Source: Terriglobia bacterium
GTDB taxonomy: Bacteria > Acidobacteriota > Terriglobia > 20CM-2-55-15
Assembly: GCA_965198225.1 (NCBI GenBank)
Contig: CBDAOY010000008.1
Span: 576,001-640,000 of the forward strand
Direction of reading: 5' to 3'
DNA length: 64,000 bases
A program made the position numbers and the translations under genes. Positions within the stretch are counted from its first letter, which is position 1. Each line of letters opens with the position of its first letter. Positions 8,123 to 17,432 of the stretch are shown here, one piece after another. Below the pieces are notes generated by a model that saw only the letters and a list, made by a program, of their open reading frames with translations, had not been told where the DNA came from and made no database searches.

Positions 8123-9377
8123 GTCGCCGTCGTCCCAGTCGGCTCAGTTCCGAAGCCTGTCCGTCCTGATCGCGGTGGCCTTCGTCGACATGCTCGGCTT
8201 CGCGATGATATTCCCTCTCCTGCCGTTCTACGCGCTCGAGTTGAACATCTCGCCGCAGTTCATCGGCGTCATCATCGCGTCCTTTTCCGTCGCACAGTTG
8301 TTGTCGGCACCCGTCTGGGGCCGGGTTTCGGACCGTTACGGGCGGCGACCGGCGCTCCTCATCGGGCTGACCGCATCAGCCATCTCCTTCATCGTGTTCG
8401 GTTTCGCCAACTCGTTCTGGCTCTTGCTCACATCCCGGGTCATACAGGGAGCCGGCGGCGGCACCACGGGCGTTCTTCACGCATACGTCGCCGATACGGT
8501 CCCGCCCGACGATCGCGCCCGTTCCCTGGGATGGATCTCAGCAGCCACTTCGGCCGGGACGATGATCGGGCCCGTGATCGGTTCCACTGCGGCCTACTGG
8601 GGCCAAGCCGCACCGGGCCTGGTCGCCGCCGGACTCTGTTTCGCGAACATCGTATTCGCATGCATTCGGCTGGAGGAATCGTCCGGCGTGGACGAAAAGG
8701 CCCGCACCCGAAAGCGAAAACCGGTCTGGCACACGGCGTGGACTGTTCTGCGGCACCCTGGAGGGACCGTGCCCCGTCTGGTCTGGATTTACGCTCTCGG
8801 GATGCTGTCGTTTTCGACCTTTACGTCGATCATCACGCTCTTCCTGGGTATGGACTTCAACGTGACGGAGCGCAACATCGGCTACGTCTTCCTGTATGTC
8901 GGTTTTCTGTCCGTCGTCATGCGAACCCTGATTCTCGGGCCTGTCGTCGACCGTTTCGGCGAGGCCTGGACGATGCGACTCGGTGCCGTCAGCCTGATTT
9001 TCGGCCTGGCGTCCTACCCGTTCGCGACAGGGTTCTGGACGCTGGCGGCCACGATGCCGTTGATGCCGATCGGCACCGCGTTGCTGTTTCCATCTACAAC
9101 CGCATTGACTTCCAAGTGGGCGGAAGAAGCGGAGCTGGGGACGACGATGGGCACCGCCCAGACATTCGCCGGCTTGTCCAGGGTCGTCGCGCCCCTGATC
9201 GCGACCGCCCTGTTCCAGGAGCTTGGCCACGGCATCCCGTTCTTCGTGGGGGCTGGCTACATGTTTTTTGTCCTGCTGCTGTCGTTCGGCATTGGAGACG
9301 CCGTGGAGTCACGCGGAACGGCCCCGTCGGTGCGTTCGGCACAGCCACCCCTCCTCAGAAAGGAGGGGAGTTCTTGA
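8115..9377 (+). CDS. MFS transporter, TetA/DHA1-like
   Basis: GRVSDRYGRRP motif A and about 12 TM segments. GTG start overlaps the dusB end. Confidence 0.9.
   Translation: MGKSPSSQSAQFRSLSVLIAVAFVDMLGFAMIFPLLPFYALELNISPQFIGVIIASFSVAQLLSAPVWGRVSDRYGRRPALLIGLTASAISFIVFGFANSFWLLLTSRVIQGAGGGTTGVLHAYVADTVPPDDRARSLGWISAATSAGTMIGPVIGSTAAYWGQAAPGLVAAGLCFANIVFACIRLEESSGVDEKARTRKRKPVWHTAWTVLRHPGGTVPRLVWIYALGMLSFSTFTSIITLFLGMDFNVTERNIGYVFLYVGFLSVVMRTLILGPVVDRFGEAWTMRLGAVSLIFGLASYPFATGFWTLAATMPLMPIGTALLFPSTTALTSKWAEEAELGTTMGTAQTFAGLSRVVAPLIATALFQELGHGIPFFVGAGYMFFVLLLSFGIGDAVESRGTAPSVRSAQPPLLRKEGSS
9316..9372 (+). repeat. Double-hairpin repeat, copy 2, forming the MFS C-terminal codons
   Basis: CAGCCACCCCTCCT...AAGGAGGGGAGT shared with 4368-4424. 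Confidence 0.65.
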
Positions 9378-9438
9378 GGCCAACCCGTCTGAGGGCTGCG
9401 ACTCGGGAACCGGCTGGACGCCGGGACCAGATCGAAGT

Positions 9439-10347
9439 ATGAAGGAAGAAACCACATTCGCGAGGTCCGCGTGGAACCCGGCTCCGAGGCTGGGGCGGGG
9501 TTCGAACCTTCCGACCGTCTGGACGAATTGTCTGGCCGGTACCCTGCTTGCCGGAGGCGGTTTCGATGTTATCGTTTTTGCCCCCGCGGTGGTGGCGACG
9601 TCGGTGTTCTACGCCGCGGGCATGCTTCTCCGCGATGCATTTGGTCGGGGGTTTGATTCGGAGTACCGGCCGGAGGGCACCACTTCCCGAGCCGATGCCG
9701 CACCGCGCCAGGGTTTAGTCACCGGTTTTGGACTCATGGCCGTTGGAGTCCTATTGCTGCACCTGCCCTCCTGGTTCCTGGGGGGGAGAATCCACGGAGA
9801 AGTCGTGTTCTGGAGCCTCCTGCTGGCGCTGCTCATCGTCTACGACAGCTACAGGATCAGGCCTCACCCCCTGAGTCCCCTGGTTCCGGTGTTGTGTCGT
9901 GCGATGGTTTATCTTGTCGCGGCCGCACTCGCCTCCAGTGCCTTCCAGGCGCCCGTGCTCGTCGGGGCCGCGCTACTCTCGGCGTACTTGATTGGGGTCG
10001 TCTACGGCGCGAAACAAGAGACGAACCGAACTCGCGATTCCTGGCCGCTGTTGTTTCTTGCCGTTCCGTTCATCTATCACGCGCAGGAACTCCCGAGCCT
10101 CTCTTTCGCCGGTCTCGTATGGGCGGCCTTTCTCTGTTGGGTTCTGTTTACGCTGGGTTTTTTCTACCGTAAGAGGGCCGGCAACATGCCGCGCACGGTC
10201 ATCGGCCTGATTGCCGGTATTTCGCTCCTGGACGCCCTGGCGATCGCCTCGATGGGTGGAGAACCCGGAGTCGTTGCAGCTGCGGTTGCCTGTTTCCTTT
10301 TGGTACTCGCCTTCCAACGATACTTCCCCGGCGTCCACGGCACCTAG
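9439..10347 (+). CDS. UbiA-family prenyltransferase-like membrane protein (EboC-like)
   Basis: SNLPTVWTNCLAG, YAAGM, LCRAMVY, LIAGISLLDA. First Asp-rich motif is degenerate. Confidence 0.75.
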   Translation: MKEETTFARSAWNPAPRLGRGSNLPTVWTNCLAGTLLAGGGFDVIVFAPAVVATSVFYAAGMLLRDAFGRGFDSEYRPEGTTSRADAAPRQGLVTGFGLMAVGVLLLHLPSWFLGGRIHGEVVFWSLLLALLIVYDSYRIRPHPLSPLVPVLCRAMVYLVAAALASSAFQAPVLVGAALLSAYLIGVVYGAKQETNRTRDSWPLLFLAVPFIYHAQELPSLSFAGLVWAAFLCWVLFTLGFFYRKRAGNMPRTVIGLIAGISLLDALAIASMGGEPGVVAAAVACFLLVLAFQRYFPGVHGT

Positions 10348-10357
10348 TTACGTTTAT

Positions 10358-10448
10358 TTTTCAACACGCAGTAACGAAGGCAACGAAGATCGGAAAAGAT
10401 ATTGCTATCTTCGTCTCGCTTCGTGCCCTTCGTTACTTCGTGTTAAAA
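10358..10448. repeat. Long imperfect palindrome with (A)ACGAAG subrepeats between convergent genes
   Basis: Arms at 10358-10388 and 10419-10448 are reverse complements. Confidence 0.75.
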
Positions 10449-10487
10449 GAGAACGTTTGTCTTAGCGCAATGATCGGGTCAGGGCTT

Positions 10488-11540
10488 TCACTCGGGGCCC
10501 AGCAGCAGCTTTCGGTCGAGGTCGGCGACATTCCCGGCGCCCACTAGAAACATGGCGGTCCTCATTTCCCGGAACAACCGTTCGCCCGCCGCCACGACAG
10601 CGTCGGCCGATTCCCTGGCGGCGAGCAGAAACGGTCGGGCGACGGCCACGTAGTCAGCACCGAGCGCCAGCGCTTTGATGGCCTGGATCCCGTTCCGAAT
10701 GCCTCCGCTGGCGACGATCCTTGCCGATCCTGTTCGGTCGGGATCGATCCTTTCCAGGATCCATCGCGTTGGCAGGCCGAAGTCGCTGAACATCTCACCG
10801 AAGGATGGATCCTGGCTCAGTCGGGCCTCGACCGCGGCCCAACTCGTTCCGTCGTTGCCTGAGACGTCGATGTAGCCGACACCAAGGCCGGCAATGGTTT
10901 CGACCAGTTCGGGGGCGATTCCACCGCCGCATTCCTTCACGTAGACCGGTAGTGGACAGCGTTGGACAAAGTCGTCCAGGTGTGATGTGAGGTTTCTGAA
11001 GTCGGTGTCCCCACCCTCCTGGATCGATTCCTGAAGCGCGTTGAGGTGGAGTCCGAAAACATCAGGTCGGATGCGTTCGATGATCTGCGCGGCCTGGTCC
11101 CAGGCCAGACCGTAGTTGAAACTGACCAGTCCCAGGTTCGCAATCAAGGGGACCGACGGGGCAAGGTCGCGCACTTCGAAGCTGGGCACGGCCGCATCGT
11201 CCTTGACCATCACCTTCATCGATCCCAGGCCGAGAGGTACCTGTAGCCGTTCTGCCCCTGCGGCCAGGTTCGAGTTGAGCCGTTTGAACTCCTCTCCGAC
11301 ACCCCCGGTCATCGACGAGATGATCAACGGCGCCGCGATCGCTCGTCCGGCGAATCGGGTCTCTGTTGAAACTTCCGACAGAGCGAGTTCCGGCAGGGCG
11401 TTGTAGCGTAGCTTGAGGTCTGCAAAACTGTCGCGTCGCAGGTCCACCGACGGGTCCAGACACACTTCGATGTGGCCCTGCTTACGTCTGTTCAGCGACT
11501 CGTTCAGGTCGGCGTTGGCCTCGCCCCCGGGGTCCGGCAT
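10488..11540 (-). CDS. fni: Type 2 isopentenyl-diphosphate delta-isomerase (FMN-dependent)
   Basis: RKQGHI, SSMTGG, GLGSM, HLNALQE, EGGDTDF, VKECGGGI, GTSWAAVE, ASGGIRNG. Confidence 0.92.
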   Translation of the reverse strand: MPDPGGEANADLNESLNRRKQGHIEVCLDPSVDLRRDSFADLKLRYNALPELALSEVSTETRFAGRAIAAPLIISSMTGGVGEEFKRLNSNLAAGAERLQVPLGLGSMKVMVKDDAAVPSFEVRDLAPSVPLIANLGLVSFNYGLAWDQAAQIIERIRPDVFGLHLNALQESIQEGGDTDFRNLTSHLDDFVQRCPLPVYVKECGGGIAPELVETIAGLGVGYIDVSGNDGTSWAAVEARLSQDPSFGEMFSDFGLPTRWILERIDPDRTGSARIVASGGIRNGIQAIKALALGADYVAVARPFLLAARESADAVVAAGERLFREMRTAMFLVGAGNVADLDRKLLLGPE

Positions 11541-11548
11541 GGGCGGTC

Positions 11549-11557
11549 ATTCTAACA
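11549..11557 (-). promoter_or_regulatory. Extended -10 box (TGtTAGAAT) 8 nt before the fni ATG
   Basis: Sequence match. No SD between the box and the ATG. Confidence 0.55.
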
Positions 11558-11711
11558 CCCCATTCGAGAGACTTCCCCGGCCCCGCGTTCGGCGCCCTTG
11601 CGGTTCGACCTCCGGCCTCTTTGGAGGCGAGGGGTCAGTTGTGGCGGATGCTGTGCTGCCTCTGCGGTAGAATTCAGGCTCCAGTCCGCCGGTAGAAGTC
11701 GAGGAGTCTTG

Positions 11712-12458
11712 ATGACTGAGAGTAACGACAGGGTATCGCCGGGTGGGGGTTCGAGCGGTATCCCTGATCGGAAACACTCCGAAGAAAAGGCCCCGTCGAG
11801 CTATCTGATCCAGGTTTCGCCACGCTTTCTCGTGACACTACTCGCGATCCTGGCGCTCACCCTCCTGCTCTGTCACGCCGCGTTGACGATTTACCACTAC
11901 CAGGTCGATGAGTTGCCCGGGCTTCCCTGGCGCCAGCTCTTCGACGTCGACGAAGAGAATAATCTGCCGACATGGTTTTCGGAGTTGCTGCTCCTTACCG
12001 CGACGGTGCTGCTGTGGTTATGCGCCGGTAAGAAGCGCCGTGATGAGGACCCGTCCTTCGGCTGGTACGTGCTGACCATCGGGTTTTTCCTGCTTGCGAT
12101 CGACGAGGTCGCGGGAATCCACGAGACAATCAACAGCTTGATCGATACGACCTGGGCGATCGGTGGCGGTTTGCTTGCTCTTGGAATTGGCCTGGGCTTC
12201 ATACCGTTCCTGTGGCGGCTGCCCAGGCTAACGGCAATTCTGTTCGCCCTCGCCGGGGCAATCTATGTCGGCGGTGCGGTGGGTGTGGAGATCATCGGGG
12301 AACCACTCGACAGCGACTCGCTCCAGTACAACCTCTTAACCGTCCTGGAGGAGGGCATGGAGATGTTCGGTGTCATCTTCTTCATACACGTGCTGCTCGG
12401 CTACATGCGGGAACCTCGGGCGAACATCCTGCAGGGAGCTGTTGAGTTGACAGGGTAG
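11712..12458 (+). CDS. Conserved-looking multi-pass membrane protein
   Basis: GAGGAG SD. About 6 TM segments with DEENNLPTW, DEVAGIHE, EEGMEM motifs. Confidence 0.75.
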   Translation: MTESNDRVSPGGGSSGIPDRKHSEEKAPSSYLIQVSPRFLVTLLAILALTLLLCHAALTIYHYQVDELPGLPWRQLFDVDEENNLPTWFSELLLLTATVLLWLCAGKKRRDEDPSFGWYVLTIGFFLLAIDEVAGIHETINSLIDTTWAIGGGLLALGIGLGFIPFLWRLPRLTAILFALAGAIYVGGAVGVEIIGEPLDSDSLQYNLLTVLEEGMEMFGVIFFIHVLLGYMREPRANILQGAVELTG

Positions 12459-12479
12459 CGGATCCCGACGATCGCTTCG

Positions 12480-12508
12480 TTGACTTCCAGGCGTGCCCAA
12501 GCTAGCCT
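12480..12508 (+). promoter_or_regulatory. Sigma70-type promoter for a leaderless M28 transcript
   Basis: TTGACT-17 nt-TAGCCT-7 nt-ATG. Confidence 0.55.
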
Positions 12509-12515
12509 CTCGGTC

Positions 12516-14099
12516 ATGACACGACCATCCGCTTTGACCGCCGTTATTCTGCTCTTGTCAGGGTGTAGCGGCCCTCCCCCGGATTCCGCCGCGATTCCTG
12601 ACATCGACGGCGATGCGATCTCGGGCCACATCCAGGCCCTGGCGTCGGACGACATGGAAGGCCGCGCTCCCGGCAGCGCCGGGGAGGGGCTGGCGACCAC
12701 GTACATCGCCGACTATTTTCGATCGATCGGCCTGGATACGTCTTTCCAGAACGTGCCCCTGGTCGGGACGACCGCAACGCCGACATCGCTGACCCTGCGC
12801 AAAGGCGGCGAAACCCGGACGCTCGCCTACCGCGATGAGTTTATGGCATGGACGACTCGGGAGGTTGAATCGATCGCCCTGGACCCGGCCGAGATGGTCT
12901 TCGTCGGTTACGGCACGGTTGCTCCGGAGTATGACTGGGACGACTACGCGGGCGTCGATGTCGAAGGCAAGGTGCTCCTGATGCTGGTCGGAGATCCACC
13001 GCTCGAAGACGAAAGCATGTTTGGTGGACAGGCGATGACCTACTACGGACGCTGGACCTACAAGTACGAGGAGGCCGCACGCCAGGGCGCCCGTGGTGCC
13101 TTCATCGTCCACGAGAACGCACCGGCCGGCTATCCCTGGGAGGTCGTCAGCGGATCCTGGTCGGGCGAACAGTTCGACATGGTCAAGGCCGACAGAGGGG
13201 CGTCCGAGACCGGAATCCAGGGCTGGATCACGCTGGAGATGGCCCTGCAGCTGGCCGAGTGGGCCGGGCATTCGTTCGATGAGCTGAAGCAGCAGGCGTT
13301 GAGTCCGGAGTTCAATCCGATACCGCTGGGCGTCGATGCGTCAGTCGAGATCGAAAACACGTTGAGGCATGTGGATTCGAAGAACGTCGTTGGCGTGCTC
13401 GCCGGCGAGACTGATGAGTACGTCGTCTTTTCCTCGCACTGGGACCACATCGGAAGAGATGGCTCGATTGAGGGAGACCAGATCTACAACGGCGCCGTCG
13501 ACAATGCATCCGGGATTGCCACGATGCTTGAAATCGCCCGTGCCTTCACCGCGCTGCCGGACAGGACGCGTCGGACATTGGTGTTCCTCGCCGTGACCGC
13601 CGAGGAGCAGGGTCTGCTGGGGTCGAAGTACTACGCCGAGAACCCGCTGTTCCCGCTGGAGCGGACCGTCGCCAACATCAATATTGATGGCGCGAACGTC
13701 TATGGCGCGACCGACAAGATCATCGTGATCGGCTACGGCTACACGTCGCTGGAGGACCACCTGAGGCGGATCGCGTCCGAGCAGGGGAGGGCGGTCGTTC
13801 CGGATCCGGAATCAGAAAAGGGTTTCTACTACCGTTCGGACCAGTTCAATTTCGCCAAGAAAGGCGTTCCCGCTCTCTATATTGACAGCACCAACCTTGA
13901 GGACAGCAACCGCTACACCGCCGAGCGTTATCACAAGCCCTCGGATGAATTCGATCCCACCTGGAATTTCGACGGAGCCGTTGCGGACGCTGTGGCCCTG
14001 TTTAGTGTGGCCCTGGAGGTCGCCGATGCGGACGACTGGCCGGAATGGATGCCGGGCACCGAATTCAAAGCGGTTCGAGACGAAATGCTCAACCGGTGA
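12516..14099 (+). CDS. M28 aminopeptidase lipoprotein with PA domain
   Basis: Lipobox LSGC, HWDH, GAVDNASG, AEEQGLLGS, NID, RSDQ, YHKPSD. Confidence 0.92.
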   Translation: MTRPSALTAVILLLSGCSGPPPDSAAIPDIDGDAISGHIQALASDDMEGRAPGSAGEGLATTYIADYFRSIGLDTSFQNVPLVGTTATPTSLTLRKGGETRTLAYRDEFMAWTTREVESIALDPAEMVFVGYGTVAPEYDWDDYAGVDVEGKVLLMLVGDPPLEDESMFGGQAMTYYGRWTYKYEEAARQGARGAFIVHENAPAGYPWEVVSGSWSGEQFDMVKADRGASETGIQGWITLEMALQLAEWAGHSFDELKQQALSPEFNPIPLGVDASVEIENTLRHVDSKNVVGVLAGETDEYVVFSSHWDHIGRDGSIEGDQIYNGAVDNASGIATMLEIARAFTALPDRTRRTLVFLAVTAEEQGLLGSKYYAENPLFPLERTVANINIDGANVYGATDKIIVIGYGYTSLEDHLRRIASEQGRAVVPDPESEKGFYYRSDQFNFAKKGVPALYIDSTNLEDSNRYTAERYHKPSDEFDPTWNFDGAVADAVALFSVALEVADADDWPEWMPGTEFKAVRDEMLNR

Positions 14100-14113
14100 C
14101 ACGTGAGGTAGGC

Positions 14114-14996
14114 ATGCCACACAGGCTCCTCCCGATAGTTCTTGCTCTGGTTCTCCCCACGTTTCTCTGCGCACAGGACGGGCCGAAGAAGATCTTCATT
14201 TCTGTCGACATGGAGGGCATCACCGGCGTCGTCAGTTCCCAGCAAAGCGGATCAAGCGGGCGCGACTACCCCACGTTCCGCCGGATCATGACTGAGGAGG
14301 TGAATGCCGCCATCGGAGCCGCGCTACGGATGGGAGCGGAAACGATCCTTGTTTGCGACGCTCATGGCAACAAGCAGAACATCCTGCCGGAGTTGCTCCA
14401 TCCCGCGGCCCGCCTCGTCCGGGGAGATCCCCGGCCCCTGGGCATGATGCAGGGCCTGGATGAAACGTTCGATGCCGCGATGTTCATCGGGTACCACGCT
14501 TGGGCCGGAACGTCCGATGCCGTCCTCGATCACACGATGAACGGTCGAATCCACGATCTGAGGCTGGATGGCAACCAGATGTCGGAAGGCACGTTCAACG
14601 CAGCTCTCGCCGGGTCACTTGGAGTGCCCGTGATTTTCGTTTCCGGCGACCGTGCGGCGGTGGAACAGATTCGGGAGTTTGTCGGGGATGTCGAGTCGGC
14701 CATCGTCAAAGAGGGCGTCGAACAGGCGACGATTTCCGTGTCTCCCCGCAGAGCGCTCGAGATGATCGACGAGTCGGTCGAAAGGGGCCATGCGCCGCTA
14801 TTCGGATTTCAGACCCTATTCTGCCAGCACTCCTCACAGCGTCGAAATCGATTTCTCGACGGAAGCCCAGGCCGGGATGGCGTCATGGGTTCCGTCGGTA
14901 AGCCGCGTGAATCCGCGCTCGATCCGGTTCACCGCAGACGACATGCTGGATGCGATGAGGATGACACGGCTGCTGGCGATCTACGTGAGCCCCTGA
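14114..14996 (+). CDS. M55 D-aminopeptidase (DppA-like) with signal peptide, +1 frameshift near 14785
   Basis: ISVDMEG, DAHG, GYHA, DHT, SGD, VKE motifs. Removing one G from the GGGG at 14784-14787 joins it to the 14790-14996 frame. Confidence 0.85.
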
Positions 14997-15031
14997 GCGC
15001 GGGGAGAGCGCGGTCATAGACGCACGATTGT

Positions 15032-16156
15032 CTATTCCCTCGGGTTGTGCGTGTACACCAACGACATGATCCGCCATTCTCCGTCCTTCTTCACCAGGTG
15101 GAAAGCATCGACGCCGTCGGCGACGTAGTCGCCGACCGTCACGGTGTAGCGGGTCCAGACCGCGGCGATGTTGTCGTCGATCTGGATCATCGGGTTCGAC
15201 ATCTCTTCGTTGATCCGGCCTTCGCCGTCGGCCAGGCCCTCGGCCCACTCCTCGACCAGGATGAAGTCCTGGTTGCGGCCGTCGTCCCCCTCCCGGTCGG
15301 AAACCAGCATGGCGCCGGGCCAGAACAGGGTCTTCATGCCCTCGCCGTCACGTTCGGCCAGGTAATCGAAGACACCTTGGACGACGTCGAGTACCTGTTC
15401 GCGGTCGGTCCGGGTGTCGGCCACCTCGGTTCCCAGAACGTTCTCCGAGAAGAACGCATACTCCCTGCGCATTTTGTCGAGTTGATGCCGGGGCTCGCGG
15501 AGCCCGTGCGGTTCCCTGGGATACCAGACCATTTGTACCGGCACGTCGTTCTTTTTCAGCCCCATGTAGAGCTCCTGAGCCTGGCTCTTGGGCACGCGTT
15601 GGTCCTGCTCACCGTGCATGATCAGTGTCGGTGTCTTCGCCTGTTTGATGAAGGTCATTGCCGAGGCCTTTCGGTACTCCGCCTCATCATCGAACGGCGT
15701 GTCCCCAAAATAGCCTTCCAGTAACCGCTGCAGGTCGTTCGTCGAGTACATGCTGAACATGTTCGTCAGGCCGGCGCCGACCATCACGGCCTTGAATCGG
15801 TCGGTCTGCGTCAGCGTCCAGGCTGTCATGTAGCCACCGTAGCTCCACCCGGTCTGGCCCATGCGGTCGGAATCGACGACACCTCGCCGGATCAGTTCAT
15901 CCAGCCCGGACTGTACATCTTCGTAGTCCCCACCACCCCAGTCCTTGAGGTTTGACATCTGGAACTCTTCACCGTAGCTGGAACTGCCGCGTGGATTCGG
16001 CAGCAGCGTGACCCAGTCGTTGCCTGCCCACACATGAGCGTAGTTGCCCCAACGCCCTGGGAAGCTCTGGGTCCACACGCCGGACGGGCCGCCGTGAACG
16101 TTCATCAATACGGGGTATGTCTTTTCCGGATCGTAGTCGACGGGGTAGATGATTAC
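15032..16156 (-). pseudogene. 5'-truncated S9 peptidase (acylaminoacyl-peptidase type) with a C-terminal SnoaL/NTF2-like domain
   Basis: HGGP, NPRGS, GWSYGG, D (DQRVP), H (EPHG). The frame runs upstream into the IS end and the beta-propeller is missing. Confidence 0.85.
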
Positions 16157-17260
16157 GACCTTGTTGCATGGATCATCCCGAAGGATGTCTTATCATTGTG
16201 TTTTTCAACACCGGGGATAACTTAGATGCCACATAAGTTCAACGCAGCCCGACGGCACAAGTTTGATAAGGCGCAGTACCGGGTGATCAACTGGGCGGAA
16301 TATAACGAGAGCCTGCGCCAGCGGGGTGATCTGACGATTTGGGTCAGTGATGAGGCTCAAAGTGTGTGGCGCGCGCCGCGCCGCACGTCACGGGGTGGCC
16401 AGCGGAGATACTCGGATCTGGCTATCGAGACATGCCTGACGCTGCGCACGGCGTATCGGCTTGGGTTGCGACAAACGCAGGGGCTGATGGGTTCCATCGG
16501 CACGCTCATGGGGCTGGATATACGGGTGCCGGAATTCTCCACACTGTCGCGTCGCGCAAACGGCTTGAGCATCGCGCAGGTGATGAGGCAAGCCGGGTCT
16601 GTGCCTGTCCATCTGGTGGTGGACAGTACCGGCCTCAAGATCTTCGGCGAAGGGGAATGGCTCGCGCAGAAACATAAAACCAGGGGAATACGCCGCCGCT
16701 GGCGCAAACTCCACCTCGGACTGGACCTCCATAGCGGTGCGATTGTTTGCGCCAATCTGACTCACGATGACGTTGGAGACAGCACCGCCTTGCCCGGGCT
16801 CCTGGATCAACTCGATGCCCCTGTCACGGGCTTTCTGGCGGACGGCGCCTATGATGGAGCGTCCACACGGGATCTGCTGAGGGAACGGTATGGGGAGACC
16901 CTGGATGTGGTTATACCGCCGCCAAAGAACGCAGTGATCCGACCGCAATCGGCGCGGGATCCAACCGTTCGGGATCGCCATATTGCCCAGATCCGCAGCA
17001 ACGGCCGCATGGCCTGGCAAGTGGCCACAGGGTACAACCAGCGCAGCCGGATAGAAACGCAGATCGGCCGGTGGAAGAGTGTCATCGGCCCCAAGCTCAA
17101 ATCTCGCAGCTTCTCCAGGCAAATCACGGAGATCCAGGTCGGCCAGAAAGTCCTGAACACAATGACCGCACTCGGACGGCCTGTGTTCGAACGTATCGCC
17201 TGACGCTACCGCTTTGGAAAGGGCGAATTCCATCTCCGCCCCGATCCATGCAACAACGCT
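16157..17260 (+). mobile_element. IS5 family (IS903 group) insertion sequence, about 1.1 kb
   Basis: IRL GACCTTGTTGCATGGATC (16157-16174) and IRR GATCCATGCAACAACGCT (17243-17260). No target duplication seen. Confidence 0.9.
16226..17203 (+). CDS. IS5/IS903 DDE transposase
   Basis: NWAEYNESLRQRG, DSTGLK, WRKLH, ADGAYD, YNQRSRIETQIGRWK. Confidence 0.95.
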   Translation: MPHKFNAARRHKFDKAQYRVINWAEYNESLRQRGDLTIWVSDEAQSVWRAPRRTSRGGQRRYSDLAIETCLTLRTAYRLGLRQTQGLMGSIGTLMGLDIRVPEFSTLSRRANGLSIAQVMRQAGSVPVHLVVDSTGLKIFGEGEWLAQKHKTRGIRRRWRKLHLGLDLHSGAIVCANLTHDDVGDSTALPGLLDQLDAPVTGFLADGAYDGASTRDLLRERYGETLDVVIPPPKNAVIRPQSARDPTVRDRHIAQIRSNGRMAWQVATGYNQRSRIETQIGRWKSVIGPKLKSRSFSRQITEIQVGQKVLNTMTALGRPVFERIA

Positions 17261-17432
17261 CGTCCAACCGAAGTTATTCGGATTTACCGAACACACTGCC
17301 GGGGGGCGTTCGGCACCAACTTGCACACCCATGATTCTAACCCGCATTTTTTGAGGCGATTCCGAAAATCCAAACCGGCGTGGGGATCGTATTGATTTTC
17401 GAAGCCGGAAAAAAAGGAGGGCGAAGAGAATC

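Noticed and set aside
14784-14790. Programmed frameshifting in the M55, TPR or NHL genes
   Set aside because: No slippery heptamer or stimulatory structure is evident. Simple indel error is more parsimonious.
15005-15025. Degenerate REP half-site GCGGTCATAGACGCAC
   Set aside because: Too short and degenerate to annotate as a full element.
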